From Planctomycetota bacterium (GTDB lineage Bacteria > Planctomycetota > UBA1135 > UBA2386): a stretch of 64,000 nucleotides of DNA. Shown here piece after piece: positions 39,145 through 49,007 of the stretch (position 1 is the first letter of the stretch; each line of letters starts with the position of its first letter). Position numbers and translations under genes: made by a program. Location: the NCBI GenBank assembly GCA_019636245.1, contig JAHBXX010000006.1:8496-72495 (forward strand), in the 5' to 3' direction. Below the pieces are notes generated by a model, which was not told where the DNA came from, did no database searches, and saw only the letters and a program-made list of their open reading frames with translations.

Positions 39145-40449
39145 ATGGCCGCCAGGGTCGATCGCCTGTTCGTACACTGCCGGGAACTCGTCACCCTGAC
39201 CGATGGCCCGGCCACCGGCCCGCGCCGCGGCGCGGCGATGCGGCGGCTGGGCGTGCTCGAGGACGGCGCCGTCGCGGTGCGCGACGGCCGCATCGTCGCC
39301 ACCGGCACGACCCACGCGCTCCGGCGCGACTACCGCGCCGAGGCCGAACTCGACCTGTCCGGCTACGTCGTGCTGCCCGGCTTCGTCGACTGCCACACGC
39401 ACCCGGCGTTCGTGAAGACCCGCGAGCACGAGTTCCACCAGCGCTGCGCGGGCGCCGACTACATGGCCATCGCCGCCGCCGGGGGCGGCATCCTCAGCTC
39501 GATGCGGGCCGTGCGCGAGGCGACAGCCGAGGAACTGACCGACGCCGTCGAACGGCACCTGTGGGGCTTCGCCGCCCACGGCACCACGACCGTCGAATGC
39601 AAGAGCGGCTACGGCCTGTCGCTGGCCGACGAGGCGAAGAGCCTGCGTGCGCTGCAGGAAGCCGCGGCGCGCACGCCGCTGTCGACGCGACGCACGTTCC
39701 TCGGCGCGCACGAGTTCCCGCCCGAGTACCGCGACGACCGCGAGGCCTACGTGCGGCTCTTGTGCGAGCAGATGCTGCCGCAGCTGGCGCCGCTGGCCGA
39801 CTACTGCGACGTGTTCGCCGAGCCCGGCGTGTTCGACGCGGCGCAGTCCGAACGGGTGCTGGCTGCGGCCCGGGCGCACGGCCTCCGGCTGCGCGTGCAT
39901 GCCGACGAGATCCGGCCGATGGGCGGCGCCGAACTCGCGGTCGCGCTCGGGGCCGCCTCCGCCGACCACCTGGGCCGCATCTCCGACCAGGGCATCGAGC
40001 GGCTGGCCGCCAGCGACACCGTCGGCGTGCTGCTGCCCGGCACGATCTTCTTCCTCGGCAAGGCACACTACGCGCCGGCGAGGCGCATGATCGAAGCCGG
40101 CTGCGCGGTGGCGCTGGCGACCGACTTCAATCCCGGTTCGTGCTACACGCAGTCGATGACGCTGATCCAGACCCTGGCCTGCGTGCAGATGAAGATGAGC
40201 GCCGAGGAGGTCGTCACCGCGACGACGATCAACCCGGCGTTCTCGCTGCAGCTCGATGGCGAGGTCGGCACGCTGCATCCGGGCAAGCGCGCCGACCTGT
40301 GCGTGCTCGATCTGCCGAGCTGGCGGGCGATCGGCTACGCGTTCGGCGGCAACCCGGTGGTGATGACCGTCAAGGACGGCGAGCCGATCGTCGCCAACGT
40401 CCACGAGCGGGATCCGGACTGGTTCGGCGGCGGACCCGAACCGGTCTGA
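39145..40449 (+). CDS. hutI: imidazolonepropionase
   Basis: Motifs seen: LPGFVDCHTHP, ECKSGYGL, FLGAHEFP, VHADE, ADHL and ATDFNPGSC, which together define the amidohydrolase HutI pattern. Confidence 0.92.
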   Translation: MAARVDRLFVHCRELVTLTDGPATGPRRGAAMRRLGVLEDGAVAVRDGRIVATGTTHALRRDYRAEAELDLSGYVVLPGFVDCHTHPAFVKTREHEFHQRCAGADYMAIAAAGGGILSSMRAVREATAEELTDAVERHLWGFAAHGTTTVECKSGYGLSLADEAKSLRALQEAAARTPLSTRRTFLGAHEFPPEYRDDREAYVRLLCEQMLPQLAPLADYCDVFAEPGVFDAAQSERVLAAARAHGLRLRVHADEIRPMGGAELAVALGAASADHLGRISDQGIERLAASDTVGVLLPGTIFFLGKAHYAPARRMIEAGCAVALATDFNPGSCYTQSMTLIQTLACVQMKMSAEEVVTATTINPAFSLQLDGEVGTLHPGKRADLCVLDLPSWRAIGYAFGGNPVVMTVKDGEPIVANVHERDPDWFGGGPEPV

Positions 40450-40533
40450 CGCCGCGTGGGCGGCGGCGCCGGCGGCGCGCCGCGCTGGACAGCGCCCGCG
40501 GCGGCGGATACGCCACCGCCCCGAGATCCCGCC

Positions 40534-41445
40534 GTGCAACCCCTGCTCGAATTCGTTCCCAACTTCTCCGAAGGCAAGGACCGCGCCACGGTCGACGCGC
40601 TGGTGGCGGCGATGACGTCGGTCGCGGGCGTGAAGTGCCTCGGCGCCGAACTGGACGCGAGCCACCATCGCTCGGTGGTGACCCTGGCCGGGCCGGCGGC
40701 GGCGGTCGCCGAGGCGGCCGTGCGCGGCGCCCGCGAAGCCCTGCGGCGCATCGACCTGCGCCGCCACAAGGGCGAGCACAAGCGCATGGGCGCGATGGAC
40801 GTGTGCCCGTTCGTGCCGCTTGCCGGCGCGACCATGCGCGACGCGGTGGCGACCGCGCGGGCCGTCGGCGAACGCATCGGCCGCGAACTCGAGCTGCCGG
40901 TGTTCCTCTACGCCGAAGCCTGCCAGCGCGAGTCGCGGCGCAAGCTCGGCGACTTCCGCAACAAGGAGTTCGAGGGGTTGTCCCAGCTGGTCGGCACCGA
41001 CCCCGAGTTCGCGCCGGACTTCGGCCCCGCGCGCCTGCATCCGACCGGCGGTGCGGTCGCCGTCGGCGCGCGCCGCTTCCTGATCGCCTACAACGTCAAC
41101 CTGCGCACGACCGAGGTGCAGGTGGCGAAGGACATCGCCAAGGCCGTGCGCGAGAAGGACGGCGGCTTCAAGGCCGTGCAGGCGATGGGCTTCTTCCTCG
41201 ACGACAAGGGGCAGAGCCAGGTGTCGATGAACCTGCTCGACTTCGAGACCACGTCGATCCGCACCGTGTTCGACAAGGTCGCCGCGCTGGCGCGGGCGCG
41301 GGGCGTGGAGGTCGCCGAGAGCGAACTGGTCGGGCTGGCGCCGGCGGCGGCGCTCGACGCCGCGACCGCCAGCCACGTTCGGCTGCCGCGGTTCGTGCCG
41401 GCGGAGCAGATCGTCGAGGCGCGGCTGGCGGCGCTCGGCGGCTGA
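40534..41445 (+). CDS. glutamate formimidoyltransferase
   Basis: GTG at 40534 gives VQPLLEFVPNFSEGKD.... Other motifs seen: HHRSVVTL, GEHKRMGAMDVCPFVP, PDFGP and IAYNVNL. The start is uncertain, since the track ORF begins at 40456. Confidence 0.85.
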   Translation: MQPLLEFVPNFSEGKDRATVDALVAAMTSVAGVKCLGAELDASHHRSVVTLAGPAAAVAEAAVRGAREALRRIDLRRHKGEHKRMGAMDVCPFVPLAGATMRDAVATARAVGERIGRELELPVFLYAEACQRESRRKLGDFRNKEFEGLSQLVGTDPEFAPDFGPARLHPTGGAVAVGARRFLIAYNVNLRTTEVQVAKDIAKAVREKDGGFKAVQAMGFFLDDKGQSQVSMNLLDFETTSIRTVFDKVAALARARGVEVAESELVGLAPAAALDAATASHVRLPRFVPAEQIVEARLAALGG

Positions 41446-41455
41446 GAGCCGGCCG

Positions 41456-42625
41456 TCACATGCCGGCGGCCATCGACTCGCCCTCGGCGGCGAGCGCGAT
41501 GCCGAGTTCGACCTGCTGCGGCGTCTCGGGCAGGCCGCGGATCACCGTCACCTTGACGACCTCGCCGGGCCGGCGGCCGCGCAACACGCGCGGCAGTTCG
41601 CTGAACGAGCGCACCGGCTTGCCGTCGATGGCGACGAGGACGTCGCCGTACTGCTGGATGACCTCGCCGCGCGGCGTCTCCTGGATGCGGAACGGGCGCA
41701 GGCCGGCGTTCGCTGCGCCATAGCCCTCGAGCACCGCCGTGCAGATCGCGCCGCTGACGTAGCCGAGCTCGGGATCGAGCCGGTAGCTGTCGTAGTCGCT
41801 GCGCACGCCGAGCACGACCTGCGTCGAACGGCCGCCCAGCAGGCGCGGCACGATGGCGTTGACCGTGTCGACCGGGACGGCGAAGCCGATGCCGGCGCTG
41901 GCGCCGCTCGGCGAGTAGATCGCGGTGGTGACGCCGACGAGGCGGCCCGCCGAATCGAGCAACGGCCCGCCCGAGTTGCCGGGATTGACCGCGGCGTCGA
42001 CCTGGATCAGGCCGTGCATCAGGTTGCCGTCCTTCGACTCCAGGGTGCGGTTCAACGCGCTGACGATGCCGGTCGTCATCGTCTGGTCGAAGCCGAACGG
42101 ATTGCCGATCACGATCGCCGTCTGGCCGACGCGCAGGTCGCTCGAGCTGCCGAGCGGCAGCGGCACGAGGCCCTGCACGTCGCCCTGCAGCCGGAGCACG
42201 GCGAGGTCGTGGTTCGGCGAGGCGTTGACCACGGTCGCCCGGTAGTTGCGGCCGCCGACCGTCACCTGCACCTGGGTGGCGCCCGCCACCACGTGGTGGT
42301 TGGTGACCACCGTGCCGGCGTCGTCCCAGACGAAGCCGCTGCCGCTGCCCGTCTGCTGCACGCGGCCGTAGCGCGTGCGCACGACGGCGGCGACGTTGAT
42401 GTGCGCCACCGACCGCGAACAGCGCTCGAACACCTCGACCAGCGACTGTTCCAAGGGCGCGAGCTCGCCGCGCGGCGCGATCGGCCGCGGTTCGCCGCTC
42501 GGCGGCGGCCGGAACCAGCCGGCGCGATCGAGCAGCAGGAACGTCGCCAGCACGAACGCCGCTCCCGCCACCAGGGCCGGCACCATGCTCGGCTGGCGCA
42601 CCCGGAACGGAGGGTAGGCCGTCAT
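41456..42625 (-). CDS. HtrA/DegP-family serine protease (trypsin-like domain plus one PDZ)
   Basis: ATG at 42625 precedes a TM anchor. The catalytic triad context reads TNHHVV / DLAVLRL / GNSGGPLLD. The C-terminal PDZ region reads GDVLVAIDGKPV. Confidence 0.9.
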   Translation of the reverse strand: MTAYPPFRVRQPSMVPALVAGAAFVLATFLLLDRAGWFRPPPSGEPRPIAPRGELAPLEQSLVEVFERCSRSVAHINVAAVVRTRYGRVQQTGSGSGFVWDDAGTVVTNHHVVAGATQVQVTVGGRNYRATVVNASPNHDLAVLRLQGDVQGLVPLPLGSSSDLRVGQTAIVIGNPFGFDQTMTTGIVSALNRTLESKDGNLMHGLIQVDAAVNPGNSGGPLLDSAGRLVGVTTAIYSPSGASAGIGFAVPVDTVNAIVPRLLGGRSTQVVLGVRSDYDSYRLDPELGYVSGAICTAVLEGYGAANAGLRPFRIQETPRGEVIQQYGDVLVAIDGKPVRSFSELPRVLRGRRPGEVVKVTVIRGLPETPQQVELGIALAAEGESMAAGM

Positions 42626-42629
42626 CTCC

Positions 42630-45446
42630 TCACACCGGGTGCGGCCACAGTTCGCGCCAGTCGGCGGGCGCCGCCGCCGGCTGGCCGCGCAGGCGCTCGG
42701 CCGCCGCCGGGTGCAGCTGCACGCGCTCGAGCGCCGTCTGCGCCAGGGCCTGACCGCAGGCATCGACCAGGCCCTCGGCGTGCAGGCCGTGGTAGCGGTA
42801 GACGTGCGCGGGCGTGCCCGACTTGCTGAACTTGACGATCGCCTTCGCGACCTGCGGTACGCCGAGCACCGAGCCGAGGTTGTCGAGCAGGCCGATCTCG
42901 CCGTCGTGCACCGACACGATCGGCACCCGCCGGCCGGCGAGGTCGATGGCGTCGGCGGTGCCGAGCGGGGCCCCGGCGCCCGCGCCCGCCGGGCGCAGGT
43001 GCAGGCGTCCATCGACGCCCAGCGTCTCGACCAGGTGCCGGTAGCCGGTCGGCCGCGCCAGTTCGCCGCACAAGAGGTCCGGCGAGGTGACCACCGTGAC
43101 GTTGGCGTAGACGCCGCGATCGAGCAGCAGCTCGGCCGCCTGCACGGCCTCGGGCACCAGCGCGCCCATGACGAACAGCTCGACGACGTTCTCGCCGGGC
43201 TGGTAGCCGCGGTAGCCGCGCCAGTCGATCAGCCGGTAGCCGCCGGCGAGCACGTGCTCGCGCAGCACGGCCAGGATCTCGGCGTCGGGGGCGTGCGGCA
43301 CCTCCTGCTCGTGCAGACCGCCGTCCTGGGCGGTGAGACCGAGCGCGGCGCCGGCCGGCAGGTCGCGCTTCCACCGCGCCTGCCGCCGCTGCCACTCGAG
43401 CAGCAGGTTCTGGTGCAGCGCGCGGGTCACCGCGCGCACCAGCACGCCGCTGCGGCCCTTGTTGTCGCGCGCGAAGTGGCGGCCGATCGCGTCGCACAGG
43501 ATCCACTCGAGCTCGATCGCGAACGCCGGCTCCCAGGTGATCAGGTTCGGGATCTGGATGTCGCTCTTCCAGCTGTGCTGCGCGCCCTCCGGCGCCAGCG
43601 TCACGCCGCTCGGCGTGCCGACCAGCACGAACGAACTGCCCCAGTAGAGGTTGTAGTAGAGCTGGTCGAGCGCCCGCTTGATGAAGAAGTCGTAGACCGT
43701 CATCAGCGGCAGGAACGGGATGCCGGCCGCGTGGTCCATCTTGCCGAAGCTGCCGACGGCCGACATGCAGTTGGCCTCGGCGATCTCGAAACGGATGTGC
43801 CGCGTCCAGGCCTCGTCGGTCGGCGCCAGCTCCGGGCGCAGCCGCTCGTGCAGGTCGAGCTTCGACTCCCAGTTCTCGTCGTGCTTGGGGCCGAAGATCT
43901 TCTCGTCCATCGCCGGGTTGATGTTCGTCGACGTGCCGACGTCCGGCGCCATCGTCATCATCAGGTCGGCGAGCGGGTTCCAGCGCGCTTCCTCGGCGGT
44001 CGGGGCCTTGCCGGCCTTGCCCTGCTTGCCGGCCCGCGCCAGCTCGTCGTAGACGCCGATGCGCACCAGCTTGGCGGCGAGCTGGCCCCACATCCACTGG
44101 GTGTGCGTCACGGGCGCGAGCTTCAGGTTGATGTCGAGGCTCTCCGGCATGCCGCCGTGGGCCTCGACCTGCGCCGCGACGCGCTGTCGGTTCGCTGCCC
44201 GCTGCGCCTCGAGCGCCTCGATGCCGAGCCGCATCGCCTGGCCGCGCTCGGCGAGGAAGCGCCCCTCGGCGCTCGTGGCCGGGAAGCGCACGAACGGCCG
44301 TTCGAGGCTCAGGCCCTGGGCGGCGAGGATGCGCTCCACCTCCTCGGCTTCGGGCATCGCCGAGTGGTTGCCGTTGGCGGCCACGCACTCGAGGCCGCGG
44401 CCCTTGACCGTGTGGGCGATCACCAGCGTCGGTCGGCTGCGGTCCCGCTTGCACTGCTCGAACGTGCGCACGATCGCGGCCAGGTCGTGGCCGCCGGTGT
44501 CGAAGAACAGGCGCACGACGTCGTCGTCGCCCAGCTTGCCGAGCAGCGCCTCGCAGCCCGCGTCCTCGGCCAGGATGGCGGCGCGCATCTGCGCCGGCTC
44601 GCGCTTCCACAGCAGCGCCTGGTAGTGGTAGTCGGTGAAGCCGCGCTCGAACACCGTCCGCAGCGCCTCGCCGCCCGGCCGCGCGAACACCGCCTCGCGG
44701 AAGCTGCCGTGGCGCAGCTGGATGACCTGCCAGCCGTTGGCGATCGCCGTGCCCTCGATGCGGTCGGCGTCGGTGCCCTTGAGGCCGCGGTTGTTCGGGA
44801 TGCGCGTGCCGTCGAGGTTCTGCCGGTTGTAGTCGACGATCCAGGTGACGTTGCCGAGTTCGCGTTCGGCGACCTCGGGCAGCACCTCGAGCAGCGATCC
44901 TTCGCGGAACTCGCTGTCGCCCATCATGCACCAGAAGTGCGGCTCGTCGACGTCCCAGCCGTGCTGGCGCGCGTAGCGGTAGGCGAGCGCGAGATAGACC
45001 GCGGCCACCGGCGGGATGCCGACCGATCCCGACGGCAGGAAGCGCCAGCTGTCGGGGTCGCCTTCGGCGTGGTAGCTCTGGAACACCGGCGCGCCATCGT
45101 GCGAGAAGCTGCGCAGGCGGTGCATCACCGCCTCGGCCTCGGCCTCGTCGAACCAGCGCCCGTCGGGGTGGCGGAACAGCCCGAGCGCGTGGTGCATCGC
45201 GTGGTCGACCGGCGAGGCGTGCGGCTTGCAGCAGACGAAGTCGCCGGGCTCGCGCACGTGCAGGTGCAGGGCGGCCAGGAAGTCGAGGCTGCTGGCGCAG
45301 GCCGCGGGGTGGCCGCCGACCTTGGGGTCGGTCTTGTCGGCGTCCGGACGATGGTTGGCGACGTGGATCATCGCCACCATGTGGGCGAACGCCCGGCGGG
45401 TGATGCGTTCGAGCAGGGGGAAGTCGGGCTTGGGGGCGGCCTTCAT
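42630..45446 (-). CDS. AceE-like thiamine-diphosphate-dependent E1 / transketolase-superfamily enzyme (938 aa)
   Basis: Motifs seen: KVGGHPAACASS, the GDSEFREGS ThDP motif followed by the NLDG-type motif (DYNRQNLDGT), and the length class of homodimeric E1. No E2 or E3 genes are adjacent. Confidence 0.7.
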   Translation of the reverse strand: MKAAPKPDFPLLERITRRAFAHMVAMIHVANHRPDADKTDPKVGGHPAACASSLDFLAALHLHVREPGDFVCCKPHASPVDHAMHHALGLFRHPDGRWFDEAEAEAVMHRLRSFSHDGAPVFQSYHAEGDPDSWRFLPSGSVGIPPVAAVYLALAYRYARQHGWDVDEPHFWCMMGDSEFREGSLLEVLPEVAERELGNVTWIVDYNRQNLDGTRIPNNRGLKGTDADRIEGTAIANGWQVIQLRHGSFREAVFARPGGEALRTVFERGFTDYHYQALLWKREPAQMRAAILAEDAGCEALLGKLGDDDVVRLFFDTGGHDLAAIVRTFEQCKRDRSRPTLVIAHTVKGRGLECVAANGNHSAMPEAEEVERILAAQGLSLERPFVRFPATSAEGRFLAERGQAMRLGIEALEAQRAANRQRVAAQVEAHGGMPESLDINLKLAPVTHTQWMWGQLAAKLVRIGVYDELARAGKQGKAGKAPTAEEARWNPLADLMMTMAPDVGTSTNINPAMDEKIFGPKHDENWESKLDLHERLRPELAPTDEAWTRHIRFEIAEANCMSAVGSFGKMDHAAGIPFLPLMTVYDFFIKRALDQLYYNLYWGSSFVLVGTPSGVTLAPEGAQHSWKSDIQIPNLITWEPAFAIELEWILCDAIGRHFARDNKGRSGVLVRAVTRALHQNLLLEWQRRQARWKRDLPAGAALGLTAQDGGLHEQEVPHAPDAEILAVLREHVLAGGYRLIDWRGYRGYQPGENVVELFVMGALVPEAVQAAELLLDRGVYANVTVVTSPDLLCGELARPTGYRHLVETLGVDGRLHLRPAGAGAGAPLGTADAIDLAGRRVPIVSVHDGEIGLLDNLGSVLGVPQVAKAIVKFSKSGTPAHVYRYHGLHAEGLVDACGQALAQTALERVQLHPAAAERLRGQPAAAPADWRELWPHPV

Positions 45447-45568
45447 GGACGGGCGGGGGCGTGGAGGGGGGAAGTTAGGCCGGCCTGCCCCGGGCCGCTA
45501 CACCCATCGCGCCGCCGCCCGGCGCGGGCGCGCCGCCGGGGCCGAGGCGGCCGCCCCAGGCATGCCGG

Positions 45569-48500
45569 TCAGCGCCACCGCGGCCACGGCCGCGACTGCT
45601 CCGCCGCCAGCCACTGCCGCAGCTCGCGTTCGCGCGCGGGGGGGATCGCGACCTTGCGCCGCTGGCGATCGAACTGGAACTCCAGGTTGCCGGCGACGTG
45701 GCGCTGCCGATAGGCGAGGTCAACCACGAGCGGCCCGTCCGGCGTCTGGCACGCCAGGGTGTTGCCGTCGCGGCTCAGCTGCAGGCGTGTGGCCTGGTCG
45801 CGCACGGCCTGGAAGCAGCACTCGAGCGTGTCGAGGTCCCAGGCGGCGATGCCCTGCGCGCCGCCGGCGGTGAACAGCAGGCCGTCGTCGTCGTCGGCGA
45901 AGCAGAGGCTCCAGATCGTGCCGCCGTGGGCGGCGATCTCGTCGGTGGTGCCATCGGCGCGGCGCAGCAGCACCTGCCCCTGCCAGGTGCCGACCGCGAG
46001 GCGGCTGCCGTCGGCGGACAGCGCCACCGCCGACACCGAGCCGGCCAGCTGGCCGGGGCGCTCGACCACGAACTCGACCTCGGTCTGCTGCCCGGTCGCG
46101 AGGTCGACCCGCAGGACCGTGCTGCTGCGGCGGCGGATCGCCGCCAGCCAGCGTCCGTCGGCCGAGTGGCAGACGCGCAGCCAGCTCGCCCCGGGCCGCT
46201 CGTAGGCGGCGATGAGCGCGCCGGTCGCCGCGTCGCGTCGCTCGATGCGGTCGCTGCCCGTGCGGCCGACGACCTCGCGCCCGTCGGGGCTCCAGTGGCA
46301 CGCTTCGAGGAACGCCTGCTCGGTCGGCCCGTCCATCGCCCACGCCTCGATCCCCGTGGCCATGTCGACGATGCGCAGCCGGGACGGGGCCAGGGTGGCG
46401 ATCGCGAGGCGGTCGCCGGCCGGCGACAGCTGCAGCAGGGCGCCGCGCGCCGCCGGGACGCGGGCGACGACGCGACCCTCGGCTATGTCGTGCACGACCG
46501 CCTGGTCGCCGACCAGCGTCGCGGCGGTGCGGCCGTCGTCGGCGAGCGTGGGCCCGGTGCCTGGCAGCCAGCGACGATGGGGCGCGCCGAGGTCCAGGAG
46601 GCCGAGGCCCGACGTGGCGCCGCTGGTCGCCAGGACGCGGCGCTCGGGGTGCGGCGCCATCCGCATCGCCCCGCGCAGCGCCACCGGCTCCGGCCGGTCG
46701 GCGCCGGCACGCAGCCGGTCGATGCGCCACCAGCCGCTGGCCAGCAGCGAGCCATCGGCGTCGCGGGCGAGTTGCCGGCAGGAGCCGTTGCGCGTCGGCA
46801 CGATCCGGTCGGGTTCGCGGTCGTCGAGCCAGATCCTTCGGATCGTGTGGTCGGTGCTGCCGACCCAGAGTTCGTGCGCCTCGGCGCCGTGCACGAGCGC
46901 CATCACCTGCCGGCCGGCGACGCGACGGCGGAAGGACTCGTCGCCCGCCAAGGTCGCCGCGGCCACCTCGCCCTGTTCGTCGGCGGCGACGAGGCCGAGG
47001 CCGGCCGGCCCCAGCGCCAGCGCCGTGACCGCGGCCGGGAACGCCAGCAGCAACCGGGGTTCGGCCGCCGGGTCGGACCAGAGCAGCACGCGGCCGTCGG
47101 CGCCGCCGGACGCGAAGCTGCTGCCGCCCGTGGCCAGCAGTTGCCGCACGCCGCCGGGATGGGCCGCGCGCCGGGCCGTGCGGCGCCCGGCGGCGAGGTC
47201 GAACCAGTGCAGGTCGCCGTTGCGGTCGCCGGCGACGGCCTGGCCTGCGTCGTCGAGCGCCGCGACCGCGGCGAGCCCCGGTCCGGTCTCGCCGAGTTCA
47301 CGGCGCAGCAGCAGCGTCGTCGCCTCGCGCAGCTGCAGCCGGCCATCCGGCGCGCCGACCAGCAGGGTCTCGCTGCCGGCGAACGCCAGCGGCAGCAGGT
47401 CCTCGTGCAGCGGCAGCGTCACCAGGTAGGGGTCGCGTTCGGCCAGTTCGCGCAGCGCCCAGGCGGTGGCGCGCGGCATGCGGCCCTGGAGGTGGGCGCG
47501 CCACAGCGAGTCGGCGGCGTCGCCGGAGTTGTCGAGCTGCAGCGCCAGCCGGGCGCTGCGGAAGGCGCTGCGATCGAGCTCGGTGAGCAGCTGCGCCGCG
47601 CTGGCGTCCGCTCGCTGCCGGTCGGCCTCGGCCTGCATCCACAGCGCCGTCGCCGTCGCCGCGCCGGCCAGCAGCGCCAGCAGCAGGGCCAGGCAGCTGC
47701 CGGCGAGCGCGCGGTTCCGCGCCAGCCACTTCTGCAGCTCGGCGAAGCGGCCGGTGGCATAGGCGCGCACCGTGCGCAGCTCGAGGAACGAGCGCAGGTC
47801 GTCGCCGAGCGCCGCCATGCCGGGGTAGCGATCGTCGGGCGCGCGCGCCATCGCCCGTTCGCAGATCGCGCGCAGTTCCGGCGGCACGTCGTCCGGCAAC
47901 GGCGCCGGCGGCCCGGCCGCGAGCCGGCGCAGGATCGTGTCGGCGTCGACGGCCCCGCCCTCGGCGTAGGGCATGTGGCCCGCCAGCAGGTGGTAGAGGA
48001 TCGCGCCCAGCGCGTAGACGTCGACGCGGGCGTCGGTGGCGGCGCCGGCGGCCTGCTCGGGCGCCATGTAGGCCGGCGTGCCGACGACGTCGCCGCTGCG
48101 CGTCAGCAGCGGCGAGTCGGCGTCCTCCCCGGCGATCGCGCCGCGCAGCGACGCGACGCCGGCGTCCGTTGCCGCGGCGTCCGGGCCGGCGAGGCCCCGG
48201 TCGGTGCTGTCGCCCGCGCGCGCAAGGCCCCAGTCCATCACGTAGGTCTCGTGGAACCGCCCGACCATGATGTTGGCCGGCTTCAGGTCGCGGTGCACGA
48301 CGCCCTTGCTGTGCGCGAAGGCCACCGCCTCGCCGGCGCGCAGCAGCACGTGCAGCACCCGCGTGCGCGACCACTCGGAGTCGCCTTCGCGCACGCGCTC
48401 GAGCACGCGGCCGAGGTCGAGGCCGCGCACCAGCTGCATGCTGAAGAAGGGCCGGCCGTCGGCGTCGAGGCCGAGTTCGTGGATCGGCACGATGCCCGGG

Positions 48501-48931
48501 TGCTCGAGCTGGGCGGCGATCTGGGCCTCCTCGAGGAAGCGGCGCTGCGCGCGGGCATCGTCCGGTTCGCTGCGCTGCAGCTTCAGCGCCACCTCGCGGC
48601 GCAGCTCCTGGTCCCAGGCCTGCACGATCCGCCCCATGCCGCCGCGGGCGATCTCCGCGCCGAGGGCGTAGCGGTCGCTGCGCGGCGCGCCGGCGCCCAG
48701 GCGCTGCAGCAGCGCCTCGACCGACGGCGACGGCGGCGGGGCGGTCGTCTCGGCGATCTCGCCGAAGGCCCGCGTCATCGCCAGCCAGCGCTGGTGCATG
48801 CGCCGCAGGGCCGCTGCGTGCGCCGGGTGCGCGGCGCAGACGGCCTCGAAGTCGGCGGCTTCGCCGGCCTCGACGCGGTCGAGGAACTCGGCGAACGCCT
48901 CCTCGGCGGGGTCGCGCGGTGGGTCGGCCAA
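45569..48931 (-). CDS. Ser/Thr protein kinase with TM helix and C-terminal WD40/beta-propeller-like repeats (1120 aa)
   Basis: The N-terminal helical region reads FAEFLDRVEAGE. Kinase motifs seen: GRGGMG-like (IARGGMGRIV), VALK, HRDLKPANIMV, DWGLA and YMAPEQ. A TM helix (GSCLALLLALLAGAATATAL) is followed by ~600 aa of repeats. Confidence 0.9.
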   Translation of the reverse strand: MADPPRDPAEEAFAEFLDRVEAGEAADFEAVCAAHPAHAAALRRMHQRWLAMTRAFGEIAETTAPPPSPSVEALLQRLGAGAPRSDRYALGAEIARGGMGRIVQAWDQELRREVALKLQRSEPDDARAQRRFLEEAQIAAQLEHPGIVPIHELGLDADGRPFFSMQLVRGLDLGRVLERVREGDSEWSRTRVLHVLLRAGEAVAFAHSKGVVHRDLKPANIMVGRFHETYVMDWGLARAGDSTDRGLAGPDAAATDAGVASLRGAIAGEDADSPLLTRSGDVVGTPAYMAPEQAAGAATDARVDVYALGAILYHLLAGHMPYAEGGAVDADTILRRLAAGPPAPLPDDVPPELRAICERAMARAPDDRYPGMAALGDDLRSFLELRTVRAYATGRFAELQKWLARNRALAGSCLALLLALLAGAATATALWMQAEADRQRADASAAQLLTELDRSAFRSARLALQLDNSGDAADSLWRAHLQGRMPRATAWALRELAERDPYLVTLPLHEDLLPLAFAGSETLLVGAPDGRLQLREATTLLLRRELGETGPGLAAVAALDDAGQAVAGDRNGDLHWFDLAAGRRTARRAAHPGGVRQLLATGGSSFASGGADGRVLLWSDPAAEPRLLLAFPAAVTALALGPAGLGLVAADEQGEVAAATLAGDESFRRRVAGRQVMALVHGAEAHELWVGSTDHTIRRIWLDDREPDRIVPTRNGSCRQLARDADGSLLASGWWRIDRLRAGADRPEPVALRGAMRMAPHPERRVLATSGATSGLGLLDLGAPHRRWLPGTGPTLADDGRTAATLVGDQAVVHDIAEGRVVARVPAARGALLQLSPAGDRLAIATLAPSRLRIVDMATGIEAWAMDGPTEQAFLEACHWSPDGREVVGRTGSDRIERRDAATGALIAAYERPGASWLRVCHSADGRWLAAIRRRSSTVLRVDLATGQQTEVEFVVERPGQLAGSVSAVALSADGSRLAVGTWQGQVLLRRADGTTDEIAAHGGTIWSLCFADDDDGLLFTAGGAQGIAAWDLDTLECCFQAVRDQATRLQLSRDGNTLACQTPDGPLVVDLAYRQRHVAGNLEFQFDRQRRKVAIPPARERELRQWLAAEQSRPWPRWR

Positions 48932-49007
48932 GGCAGGAAGGTTAGCGGCCGCAGCCGGCCGGAGCCCGGCCCGCGCCGGCCGGTCGCCGGGTTAGAGTGG
49001 GAGCGGC

